63,974 nt of DNA, filler included, from Rhabdomonas costata (GCA_019059605.1; 54 parts of 54 records of this genome joined end to end with filler, not necessarily neighbours in it), one strand, 5' to 3'; counted from the first letter of the whole stretch, positions 24,715 to 36,286 are shown. Made by a program: numbers and translations. The notes: generated by a model from the letters alone, not told the origin.

Positions 24715-25318
24715 GTTTGTTTCTTTCGCTCTCCCTTCAGCTGTTGCTGAGGCCGTAAATGTTCCGGAGTCCCGCTCACTCGAAACAGAAATCATTGTCA
24801 CCAATACCACACCAACCCCCCNNNNNNNNNNNNNNNNNNNNNNNNNNNNNNNNNNNNNNNNNNNNTTAATTAATTAANNNNNNNNNNNNNNNNNNNNNNN
24901 NNNNNNNNNNNNNNNNNNNNNGTGTTGGGTGTGGTTGGTTGGTTTGGTGAGAAACAACTGCGATGACGGTGTGATAGGTTTCAAGCACTCTTATCCCGAG
25001 TTCAAAGGTGCCCCGAACAAGCACAACCCGGAAAAAACAAACCTCATTTCTATTCCAAGCGGCCCCAGCTTCCGATTCAAAAAGGGCAGTGTCAGCAACA
25101 GTGAACATGGCTGAGGCAATTTTGACAGCACAGCACGGCACAGCAGCGCAGCACTTTGTATAGTTTCACAAGCGGGTAAATAACACGCTTGTATCTTCAG
25201 CGATGCATTCCCACCAACCGCGGAACAGTTGAAAAAAAAAGGTATTGGAGTAAAAATACAGAGAAAGGTTGCTGGGTGCGGATGTTGTTCCCTCAAGGGT
25301 GAACAACACCCCCCGCAC

Positions 25319-25735
25319 TTCCCACTTCCGGTGCCGGAACAGGGGGTCACCCAGGCGAGTTTGTCAGCGAAAAGACTCGAGTTCGCCATTCCTAACATAG
25401 GGACCAGCCGAAGGGAATAGAAGAGAGCACTGATTCCGCGAATCTGCAGTTCAGCGTCCATCGCTGGTTTTCAGGAAACCGCGTCACTCCCGTCACTCCG
25501 CCAAATATATATATGCTATAGTGGTATGATCCAGAGAACTGCGCTACATCCATACCGGCGGCAATTGGACCCTGTGCAACCATTAGAAAAATATTGATGA
25601 CTTGCTCAATCCGTTCGTAATGAAGGAAGCGCTGCTTTGCGCCGACCACGTGAGCTATGTCAGTGCTAAGGCGCTGCATAACCTCGCTCGACCCCAATAA
25701 GGTGCTGGAATCGAAAGGAGCGGGCACAGGCCAAT
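25319..25735 (-). CDS. Two spliced exons, unknown protein
   Basis: Exons 25735-25556 and 25463 to about 25319 join at phase 1 across a 92-nt GTATGG...CAG intron, open frame. Confidence 0.45.
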
Positions 25736-26146
25736 CTTACACAATCCTGTTCCACGGTAGCGCAGCGATCGGACCCTTTGAACCCCCTTTACCCAAACAG
25801 TAAAACACGCAAACTCAGACCGGTGGATGTGACGGTCACATTGCAGCATGGAAAAGCAACAGATGCATATGAGGGAAGGGACCCGAGAAACAAACAGTTG
25901 ATGCCCTACCCAAACCACCCATCCCCTTCACAGGTGCACCCACCGAGTGGTCCAGTGTGGTGAAATCCTGACACTCCCGGATCAGCGTGAGGTAATACCC
26001 CAAAAACCNNNNNNNNNNNNNNNNNNNNNNNNNNNNNNNNNNNNNNNNNNNNTTAATTAATTAANNNNNNNNNNNNNNNNNNNNNNNNNNNNNNNNNNNN
26101 NNNNNNNNGTGGTGGGTGTGTTTGGTTTTTGTGGTCTCTGTGCGAC

Positions 26147-26175
26147 TAGGGTTAGGGTTAGGTTTAGGGTTGGGG
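26147..26175 (+). repeat. Interstitial telomere-type (TTAGGG)n repeat, about 5 imperfect units
   Basis: tagggttagggttaggtttagggttgggg. Confidence 0.7.
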
Positions 26176-26178
26176 ACC

Positions 26179-26864
26179 ATGTCGCGCTTTGCCTCGTTGT
26201 GGGACTGGACAATTGGTGTTCGCTTGTCCGTTCTTGTGGAATCCGTGGTGAGTGAAGGGTGTGCTCGCCTTCTGGATTTGGTTGAGCCTTCCACCGCAGT
26301 TGGAAATCGCGACTTAACGGTGATTGAAATGTTATGTCCTGGATACCCGCGGGCAGAAGTGGTTGCTAAGATGACAAGTTTACTCAGCCAGGTGAGAATG
26401 CTCCCGGCTTTGTTCAAGCCTCTCTTATCCGAAATTTCGCTGTCGTGCCTTCTGTTGCTGTGGTTTGCTTGTGTTTTCTCTCCCAGAAATTTGAGGTGCT
26501 TGTCGTGTCAGAGTTCACTCCGAGCCTCCTTCGTCAAAAGCTCTGCCACCAGGAGGGTCAGGCCACGAAGCTGTTTTTGGGTATTCACCAGCGCTTCATT
26601 GCAAAATCTGTGTCATGTGTGGACTTTTCAGGCACGTTTCTGTGTGTTGCAGCCGAAGATGAACCGGCGCACCTTGTGTTTGAAGAGGTTGTCAAGCTGT
26701 GTGGATTCAGCGGGCAACTTTCTCCCCATCGCCCTTCAGCCCCGCCATACTTTTTGGTGGTCACCACGGGACCCTGCAGGGTTTCCCCCAAGCTTGGGCA
26801 GGGCCTATCCAATCTGAAAAAGGTCCTCATTACGTTGGATGGCGTGGATCAACTCTACAAACAG
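26179..26864 (+). CDS. Spliced gene, unknown protein (first two exons)
   Basis: Exons 26179-26391 (ATG; donor GTGAGA) and 26487-26864 (acceptor ttttctctcccag), both phase 0, 197 open codons. Confidence 0.55.
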
Positions 26865-27501
26865 GTCCTGTCCTCACTTGTTTGCTCTTGTTTAGCGAAT
26901 GACCAAGGCCGACCTTTATGGGTCGCCTTTTGACCTTTTTGGTTTGGGTTCTTATTCTTGCATATAGGCCAGGAGAACATAACATCCTAAACATAGTCAC
27001 ACCAGGTCACTCAGTTTTCAGGTGTCGGTTCCTTCCTGCTGATGACTTACGAAGCGCAGTTTAGCCTGCTTGAAACATTAATTACCTCCGCTCAGAGTCT
27101 GGTGGTGTGCTGGCAGTGTGCTGAACTTCTTGGGGACAACTTCCTGAGAAAAGACCACTTCTAAGGGAAGAAGGGAAAGAGGCCTGGAGTCCCCNNNNNN
27201 NNNNNNNNNNNNNNNNNNNNNNNNNNNNNNNNNNNNNNTTAATTAATTAANNNNNNNNNNNNNNNNNNNNNNNNNNNNNNNNNNNNNNNNNNNNTGGGAA
27301 AAGTATCTGCACGACAAACACGACACACAAGTGGAACGCTCGGCCCCACGGCACGCTTTGAAGGTGTACCTCTCGCCAGCCCCCAACCAACACTGCGTTA
27401 GTGCGCCCATCAGTCGATTGCAGTCTCCAGCAACCAGGCAGGCAACAGCCAGTGCGCGATGCGCTATGTGCAGCCGCGGTTCACGCTGTCCTTGGGTGCA
27501 G

Positions 27502-28329
27502 GCATAAGTTTGAGATCCGCAGCGGGGTCATCACGAAGGTGAAGCCCTCAACTAAGAAGACCCTGCGGCACTACGTCGAGGCCCCAGGGTGTGTTTTGGA
27601 TGTGCTAAGATGTGCGTGCAATGCTCGGGCAACAAAGAGGAGGCAGGGTTGTGGTTGTTCTCCGCTGTAACCGCTTGCCAGGAAGAAAATCCATTTATGT
27701 TTGCCTGCTTGCCTGCCTGTTTGCCTGCCTGCCTGCCTGCCTGCACGCATGCTGACCTTCACAGAAAAGAGGGGATTATGCCCGCTTGTGCGCCGAAATG
27801 CCCGCACATATGTTCACCACCCTTTGTTCCGCCAATTATAAGTATTTGGCGATGATGGGTGATGATATTCCATTTTCCTTTTTTACTGACGCAGTTTTTC
27901 ATATCTCTCCAGTCATCGCCCTAATAGTGTTTTGACTTTTGTTTGGGGTTGGGGGGACCGGTTCGTTGCAGAGTGGTGGGAGTTGGCTGTTGCACTGGGT
28001 GACACTGGCAATTGATCGGGCAACTAATTGTCCTCCTTTTTCTTTGCGACTTGTTCTTTCTCTTTCTTTTGAATTACTGCCAACCACACGCACTGGAAAA
28101 AGCAGAAAAGGCGGAATGTTAGCCACCGAACCAAAAAAGAAAAGAAACATGTTCGTGCACTGGTGGTAGGTACACCACCACGGCTTCGTTGGCGCGGGCC
28201 CGCGAGCTATATGGCCCGAACAACTTTGAGCTCCCGCGGCCCTCCTTCTGGCAGGGCTACAAGCAGCAGCTCACCGCCCCGCTGTGCGTGTTCCAGCTCT
28301 TCTGCATCGCGCTGTGGCTGTTGGACAAA
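27502..28329 (+). CDS. P5A-type ATPase (ATP13A1/Spf1-like), two exons
   Basis: Exons 27502-27588 and 28170-28329: ...LRHYVEAP-G-YTTTASLARARELYGPNNFELPRPSFWQGYKQQLTAPLCVFQLFCIALWLLDK; matches P5A (F/Y)GxNxxxxPxPxF...APFFVFQxFCxxLWxLD. Confidence 0.88.
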
Positions 28330-28517
28330 GTGTGCGGTTACCCCCCTCCCCCAGAACCCCACTTATACAGCCGCCCAATGGNNNNNNNNNNNNNNNNNNN
28401 NNNNNNNNNNNNNNNNNNNNNNNNNTTAATTAATTAANNNNNNNNNNNNNNNNNNNNNNNNNNNNNNNNNNNNNNNNNNNNGTGGGGGGGGTCGAGTTCA
28501 TCCCATCCCGCCACTGA

Positions 28518-29568
28518 GTGGAGGTCAGCCCAATTCCAGAGGTGGGTTCCGATTTGATGTCAGGAAATCCGCCACCTCCAAAGCCGAGCGCAGCCACCGC
28601 ACCACAGATGGAGCAGACTTTTCTTAGTCAAATGGTATCCTTTTTCAAGAGCATGGAGCAGCAGCAGCTGGACAATCATAATATTTCACAGGAGTTGCTG
28701 CGGAGAGTGGTGGATGGATCCTCAGCGGAAGGTTTACAGAGTGGATGAGGAGCGCCAGCTTCCACAAATCCAGAGGCGCTGGGAGCATTGCGGAAATTGC
28801 AGGAGAAAGATCTAGAGTTCCCGAAGTACGATGGGAACCCAGCTAATTTCCTACCGTGGCTTGTGTCAGTGGAAGAGCTGAAGAACGTTAGCAGGCTTCC
28901 AGATCAAGTTGCAATCATTTATGCCACAGGCGCCTTTGGTGCACATGTCTATACAGACTGGAAAGAGTTTGTAGAAACGTTGAAGAGGCGGCTGTGTGCA
29001 CAGACGTGGGACTACAACGTAGTGTGTAGGTTGGAGCAATTGAAGATGTCGGAGGGGAACGTCCAATTCTACCATCAGAAGTTCGTGACCTGGATGAATC
29101 TGTTGAAGGGGAAGAAGTTTGACAACGAAACTCTTTTGAAGTATCTGTTTGTCAGAGGTTTGGAAGGGGACATCCAGGCCAAAGTGATGGCGAAGAATCC
29201 ACGGATCATTACAGAGGCAATGGATAAGGCCTGGGAGTATTTCAGAAAGCCAAGACCACATCCACAGGTGATTGTGGCGGTTCCAGATGGCACTGTTCAG
29301 AGAGGAATCGCGGCATTGGGGGCTGTAATGGATTTAGATGCCATACGTTATGGGTACACTCCATTCTCGTGGAGTACGGCCTTTCTAACCTCTACAGAGA
29401 GATATGTCAGCGGTGCCCATTCCACAGTTTCCAGAGGTATGGTTAACGTAAGTCCGGTGCAGAGAAGTGCAAATTTGTTCAAAATGGCGACACCGCCAAC
29501 GTTAGCAGCCACACTTCCGGCGAGTTCAGTAATGTTTTTCGCCACTCAACAGCACAATTTAATGCGAA
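28518..29568 (+). mobile_element. gag: Ty3/gypsy-type LTR retrotransposon gag, degenerate
   Basis: Intronless PKYDGNPANFLPWL...WKEFVETLKRR...LEQLKM.EGNVQFYHQKF...LFVRGL...I...V....P..ITEAMDKA...MDLDAI. Upstream part 28518-28748 is separated by a stop. Confidence 0.8.
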
Positions 29569-29668
29569 NNNNNNNNNNNNNNNNNNNNNNNNNNNNNNNN
29601 NNNNNNNNNNNNTTAATTAATTAANNNNNNNNNNNNNNNNNNNNNNNNNNNNNNNNNNNNNNNNNNNN

Positions 29669-30755
29669 TGATGGGCAGCACAGAGAAGGCATGACCTCGG
29701 ACGCAGGGCAGGCATTTGATTTCGATGCACCAGGGACTTCGCTCACCTCTCACGTCGAGGGCGAGACAGGTGCTGCAGACAAGGCTGCTCGGAAAGGATC
29801 CTCGACATCCCTGTCTTCTTCCAGTGCAGGCTCTCGGGACGTCCCAGATGTCATTTCTCGGGCTGCCGCCGCAGCACAGTTTGCTGAGCAAGGATCAAGC
29901 TTCAGCAATGTCGAGGCAGGGGACAGCGAGGAGGCCAGGAATCACGCCGGGGGACTTTTCGAGCATCCCGCGGAGCAAATAGTTCCAGCAGGTACGACGG
30001 AAGAGCCTGACTTTCCAGGGAGGAGGCCGAGCGATGCAGTGGTCCGAACTCCTTCCGAGGAAGCCCCAGTATTTTCGCATGCGCTGGAGCAAGCCGATGC
30101 TAGCGCGCAGGAAGAGAGGCAAGTGTGCCCAGAGACCTCAGCGATGCCTGGGGGTTCAACTTCTGCGGAATCTGATGTTTGGCGAGGGGCTGCACCAGGA
30201 AGCGCCGATAACGATGACTTCTGGGCCACACCCAACGCGGCTTCATCCTCATCAGTATCGGCTGGAGTTCAAGAGTCGCCTGCCGCGGAAGACAGCGGGC
30301 CCAAGGAAAACCCGTTTGCAGATGACATGTTTGGAGAGGGACCAGCGCAGGCTTCTCCCACGGTGGCTCGTGAGCAAGAGGGGGCGGCCGAAGACCTTGA
30401 CAAAGATGACTTCTGGGCCTCACCAAATGCAGTGTCCTCCTCGGGGTCAAGAGTTGGGGGAGTGCGTGCAGGACGAGCGGATGGTCCCGTGGAAAACCCA
30501 TTTGCAGACCAGGATAACTTGTTCAACGACGGAGCTGTGGAGTCCAGTGCGGCGCAGGCTGGCCTTTTCGAAGGAGACCAGCACAGGGCTGGCGGCGTGT
30601 CTGAGCCCGAAGCGTTTGGCTTTGAGGATGATGGACAGCACAGAGAAGGCATGACCTCGGACGCAGGGCAGGCATTTGATTTCGATGCACCAGGGACTTC
30701 GCTCACCTCTCACGTCGAGGGAGAGACAGGTGCTGCAGACAAGGCTGCTCGGAAA
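29669..30755 (+). CDS. Acidic disordered protein built of 960-bp (320-aa) tandem repeats with NPF and DDFW motifs
   Basis: Whole contig is one open frame; 29691 onward is repeated at 30651 onward; internal duplicated DDDFWAxPNAxSSS and ENPFAD. Confidence 0.75.
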
Positions 30756-32045
30756 NNNNNNNNNNNNNNNNNNNNNNNNNNNNNNNNNNNNNNNNNNNNT
30801 TAATTAATTAANNNNNNNNNNNNNNNNNNNNNNNNNNNNNNNNNNNNNNNNNNNNTGTGTGGTTGCATCAGCTGCGTCAGCAGAGGCAAGGGCATGCACA
30901 AACAAACCGGGTGTCAGGGCATCAGGGTCAAGCTTGGGGAGAGAATCTTCAAATCTTCAAAGTGACCGATTGGACGCAAAAATCTGTGTAAGATACCATG
31001 AGACTCGGGTTGCTCCCTTTGGCAATAAACCTATATGAAGACAGGCTAAAAGAGCGAGGGATGAGGGAAATGAAACAACTCTAATGGAAGCCAACGTCTC
31101 CACCTTGCTACAGGTCCCTCGGGCGATACTGGAAAGAAGTAATTTGAACAGCATTTTTCCTCTTCGGTGAACGCCCCGTTGCTGATTGCTGGCGGCGCTC
31201 TTAGCAGTTAGTCCAATTTCTCTGCCTTCATCCCACGTTGAAACTTCCGTCCGTCTGTTTCAGGTTACGGAGTTTGATGAATAAGAAGAGACTGAGACAA
31301 TCGCCAAGCTAGACAGGCAGGTGCCAGCCTTCACTATGTGCTTCGCAGCGTCCAACGTTGGACCCTTTTTGGCCTCTACATTTTTGAGGGTACAGGTCTT
31401 CCCGTGTGTGTATGTGTGTGCGGCCGACCGCCATTGCTAACAGTTCCAGAAACTCTTTTTTTTTGGGCACCAACGGTAGACGCATAGTGCCCTCAAAGAG
31501 TCCTGACTGCACATCTGCACAGGCCATAGTGTTGCTTTCCAGAAAGTTTGCAGAGAGTCTAATGCTGACAAAGGTGCACTGGCCCAGGTTCTTGAAACCA
31601 GTGGTCAACCGCTTCCTGCGGGCCTCCTTGCAGAGCCAACAAGCCAACAATGAGTAACCAGTCAGTCAACTGGAGGAATAATGCGCGTGCTATAATGTCA
31701 TGCACCACGTTAGCTGCTGCGTGCGCCCTACAAAGACCTGCAGGATGCCAGTTGCCCGGAAAAGTTCAGTGCTGAGTTTTTATTATATCGATTCTGGCCT
31801 CTTACAATGGCTCCACAAACTCCAACCTATGGGATGCACGAACCCATCGAAACCCATTGCTGAACTGGGAATTCGAGACCCCACTACCACCACCAGGACT
31901 GCGCGGTAGTGGCCATGATAATATACCACCCACAACCCNNNNNNNNNNNNNNNNNNNNNNNNNNNNNNNNNNNNNNNNNNNNTTAATTAATTAANNNNNN
32001 NNNNNNNNNNNNNNNNNNNNNNNNNNNNNNNNNNNNNNTTTTTTT

Positions 32046-33052
32046 CAGTTGCACCATGCCGAGCCGTTCCACATACACGTGCCGTGACCTGAGCGCGGCC
32101 GGGTGAGTGAGGTATGACTTTGTCAAGTTGACTCAAAAAGATGCGACAAGGAAACCAGCAGATACAAGGGGTCCCACTTTGCTTACATAAATACATTAAG
32201 AGGTCATTGAAACCGTTTACCTAGCACTGCCAAACGTTAAAGCCCTCCTCCTCCTCCACGCATAACTTAATTATCATAACGGAAGACGTAGAGGTAAGGA
32301 AGAGACTTCGTTCAATTCATTTACTTCAACCCCAGCATTTACAGAGACGACAGATGCCACCAATATTGTCATTCCGACTCCGAAACAAAGCACAAAAATA
32401 TCCCAGACTCAAAAATCGCACGCAAACGCATACACTCGCACACCGCAAGGGTTCAGCGCATCTCCGGGGCTGAGGAAAAAAAGAGAAAAAGCACAGAAAA
32501 CTCGGAACACGCGTACGTTGAGCAGGAAGCCAATGGAGTGAGGTTTACCCATTTGCCCCGAAAAAGAAGCATCAGGGAGCAACGAGATCAGAAATCAGAG
32601 AGCAACGTGGAGTCAATTCCTGGTGGGTTATGATGGGCTGAACAAGAATTCTCATCTGAGGAACTCTGGCACAGTTTAACTGACCCCCTAACACTTCAGT
32701 TACCCAACCTCTTAAGTTACCATCGGTAACCGTTACAAGGTATTACTGGTAACTGTTACCACTCCCACTCCGGAACGTCAGCTGGGCCGGAACGATGAAC
32801 GAGGAGCACGTTCACCATTTTTCAGATGGCAGTTTGCACGATGGAGGGGGAGGGAGTGCCAGTTCCAAGCAATGCTTCACAAACATTGCCCCACCCTCCA
32901 CCCGTGACCACCCATTTTGTGGGCACATGCACAGAGGCACACACACACACACACACACACACACACCATTGCACAGAGCAGTCCGCGCCACGGTAAGCTG
33001 CGGTGCAAGAACAGGTCCCTGTTCCATTCACCCCGTCGCTGCATTGACCATG
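32046..33052 (-). CDS. EGF-like repeat surface protein, three exons including a 26-nt micro-exon
   Basis: Exons 33052-32967, 32469-32444, 32088-32046 splice to HGQCSDGVNGTGTCSCTAAYRGADCSVQCPGDALNPCGHGTCMWNGSAWCN; EGF cysteine spacing. Confidence 0.85.
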
Positions 33053-33305
33053 CTGAGAAAAGAAAGAAAAAGAGTGGGAAAAAAAGGAGAACCAAAACGA
33101 ACAAGAAGAGAGAAACAAAAACANNNNNNNNNNNNNNNNNNNNNNNNNNNNNNNNNNNNNNNNNNNNTTAATTAATTAANNNNNNNNNNNNNNNNNNNNN
33201 NNNNNNNNNNNNNNNNNNNNNNNGGGGTGGGTTATTTCCTGCGCCCTTTTGTGTGCACAAGTGCGCACAAAAGGGCGCAGGAAATAACCCACTGACCAAG
33301 CGTAC

Positions 33306-34170
33306 CAACATTTTGTCTGCCAGGAAGCCCGCACTGTTTCCCAGAATAACGGCGCCCTCACTCAGAAAAGGTTCAATCTGCTTGAGAGTGAAATAGTACG
33401 CCTCAGGGGCGTGATCTAGGAAGACAAAGTCAACTGGAGTGTGGGTGTCTGGCACAACAAATTCTTGAGAGTAGCTGCGCAGGAAGGTCACTTGCTCGTC
33501 CAAGCCAGCCTTCGCGACAAGCTCCTGCAATGAAAAGCGTGTTCAGCGGGCGAGAGAGAAGATTCGGTGGGATGCAAGTCGAAGAACATTCCGAGGATTA
33601 CCAACAGAAAAAAGTTTTACTTCTCTGTTACTTAAACTGCATGAGCAGCTCTGAAGCCCATTGAGACCCAACTGACAAATCGCCTCTCGACGCGACGCCT
33701 TCAGACCCACCCAGGTGTGTAACAAAAGCTGGTGCTGATGCCGTGGAGGAGAAGAAACAATACCATCACGGAAATTGGCGCAATGTCTCGAAAGAAATGT
33801 CTGTTAACAGGGGCTCGCGAAGAGGCGAAAAGGAAGATGTAGGGAGAGGGCAAAAACAAAGTAGAGGTATTGGATCAGGAATACAGTGTTTTCCGCCTCT
33901 CCAAGATGAAGAAACCAATGAGACCAAAAAAGCCAAAGAAACCCTAGCGACAAACAGAAATCGGGAGTCGTAGTCCATGGTGATCAAGTGAGCACCGGGA
34001 AGCATGTTCATTGCGGTCACCAGAGTCGAGTATCCCGCGTAGGTTCCGTATTCTATCAGGTTACGAGGACGGCGTTCCTGCAGATGCAGGGTCAAAATCT
34101 TGGCTTTCAGATACCCCAACGTCATCATCTTGTTTTCCAAACCTTCCTCATCCATGTATCGAAGAATCGC
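33306..34170 (-). CDS. Catechol-O-methyltransferase-like SAM-dependent O-methyltransferase, two exons
   Basis: Exons 34170-33943 (…RPRNLIEYGTYAGYSTL…GAHLITMD…AR) and 33524-33306 (ELVAKAGLDEQVTF…VDFVFLDH…LSEGAVILGN); ExGTxxGYS and DxVFLDH motifs. Confidence 0.88.
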
Positions 34171-34766
34171 CTGTGCAAACAAAAGTGCGTGCGACACGAA
34201 ATGAAAGTGACGCGAGAAGCCAGAGAAAACTCAGGACTCAAGCCCAGTTTATCTAGCGTCATCTAAGCAACATTTTGTAATATTTGGGGGGAGTTTTTGC
34301 AAACGCCTTTNNNNNNNNNNNNNNNNNNNNNNNNNNNNNNNNNNNNNNNNNNNNTTAATTAATTAANNNNNNNNNNNNNNNNNNNNNNNNNNNNNNNNNN
34401 NNNNNNNNNNGGGTTGGGGTGGTTTGTTTTTGGATGTGTGTGTGCGCGCGCTTCGGCGGTATGCTACTACCATCCCCACGTCTCGCAAAATGACGGGGTT
34501 GTCCGCAGCCGTTTTGTGAAGTGTTTGGTGATATCCTGAATTGCGCCGCAGAATATAGGTTTCCGATAGGAGGGGTGACGATAGGTGATCTTTTCCTAAC
34601 CAACGCGGGGGATTTCGCTTGCGAAGCTGGATGCCCTCCAGCACTGTCATGCTTTTTGGCTCGCCATGGGATGTTTATGTTACCACCTTTTTATCAAAAG
34701 CTGAATCTGTGGTTCTCTAACGCATCCACCCCCTCTCCTTTTTCTGGCCTCTCGCCTTTTGCTCAG

Positions 34767-34937
34767 CGGTCAACTGCGGTTACCCCGGGCTTCCCTCCAA
34801 CGCCAACACGCTGAACTGCGCCTCCGGCACGACGTACGGGCAGAGCTGCACGTTTCTGTGCTTTCCAGGGTACACGGGCGGGGGCAGTCTGAGCTGCACC
34901 TCGAACGGCAACTGGATCCAGGGCGGCGCCTGTCAAG
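34767..34937 (+). CDS. Single Sushi/CCP (SCR) domain exon, phase 1-1
   Basis: VNCGYPGLPSNANTLNCASGTTYGQSCTFLCFPGYTGGGSLSCTSNGNWIQGGACQ (CxxP, YGxxCxFxCxxGY, CxxxGxW..C); flanked by gctcag and GTATCG. Confidence 0.88.
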
Positions 34938-35688
34938 GTATCGCTTTCTCGTGCTTGGTGCGCTTCCCCTGCTCTGGGTCCCCGAAGCTTTGAATCGGTT
35001 AGGTGTGCGGTGCAGTCCTCGTGCGAAGTGTTTCGTGAAGTCCCCAGTCGCCAGGCGTAGGTTTTTGGATGGTGGAATGATGATGATTTCTTCACCGGCG
35101 TATGGGTGCAATCGATGTTGGTGGTAGCGGGTAATGGTTACCAGTGGCATCAATTTTCACTATGGAAGAATTTTAAAAAAAAGCTGTCAAAATCCCTCAA
35201 GTCACGTCCCCAGCCTCCCGTTCCGGCCGCTAAACTAATGCTGTCCCTCTCGTGCACCCTTATTCCAGGCTCCCGTAGCCAGCAGTAGTTTTCACCTTTT
35301 TTTTTAAATGCAAAAACAACCATCTAGGGGCCACTGGCAGAGCTTGCCTAACCCCCGGAGACAAAAATAAAGTCATTTCAAGAGTGCAGGCATATTTTAC
35401 GCGATTGCTTTTAGTTAATTCAGCAATAACTTTAGCCCAGTTTTCTATTACCATTTGGAACCTTTACCCCCCCCCCCAACTTCCATTTGGCCAGCGCNNN
35501 NNNNNNNNNNNNNNNNNNNNNNNNNNNNNNNNNNNNNNNNNTTAATTAATTAANNNNNNNNNNNNNNNNNNNNNNNNNNNNNNNNNNNNNNNNNNNNGGG
35601 GGTGTGTAAATACAATGTGCAGTACAGAAAAGATGAGCCGAAAAATGCACAACTCTTTGTTGTTGTTGTTGTTGTTGGGGTTTTTCAG

Positions 35689-36286
35689 GCTTTCCTCCTA
35701 CGTGTGGGCGCTTGCCGTGTTCATTGTCGGCCGCTCTGCCACTATGACGGACGAGTTCATCCTGTCCAAGATCGATCCGTACACCACCACCGAGGCGAGC
35801 ATGAAGAGGGGGCTGTGGTGGAAGGCGGGGCGGCTTCCCCGGAGCACCGTGGAGTCGCTGCGGCCAAGGGGCCTGATTGCGCAGTACTACAACCTTGTCC
35901 TGGGCATGAAGCGGCTCCCCGTGAGGCACGGGCTGCTGAACTTTGCCTGCGGCGCAGGTTCTGCGCTCTCCTCCCCGCGCCCTTCTATCTATGTTTCTCT
36001 GGTCCCCGAACGTTCTTCATTGTCTTCAGTGTTGGTTGAGTCATGAAGCCATCGGTGTTACGGGCTGTGGCCTTAACGGGCCCCTTTCACTCCTGGAAGT
36101 GCGCCCGAATCCTTGGAGCTTTGGCAATAGCTCTGACAGTTTCGCATTTCCTGCGCTCCTTTTTTTTTTTGCGCTTTAAGTTCCCGCGTACATCACCTTC
36201 GCGCTGATGAACCACAGCGCCCAAAACCGCAGGCTGAACTCCTACTTGAAGCAGGACACAGTATTCGGCGAGATGGCTCGCACGCT
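35689..36286 (+). CDS. ATPTB6: Euglenozoa-specific mitochondrial ATP synthase subunit ATPTB6, two exons
   Basis: Exons 35689-35957 and 36181-36286: ...GA-VPAYITFALMNHSAQNRRLNSYLKQDTVFGEMARTL, matching from memory the trypanosome ATPTB6 segment GVPTYILF...H...RRMxxYLxQxTVFGE. Confidence 0.75.

Noticed and set aside
33227-33292. 32-bp-arm hairpin
   Set aside because: At the contig start; most likely a fold-back artefact.
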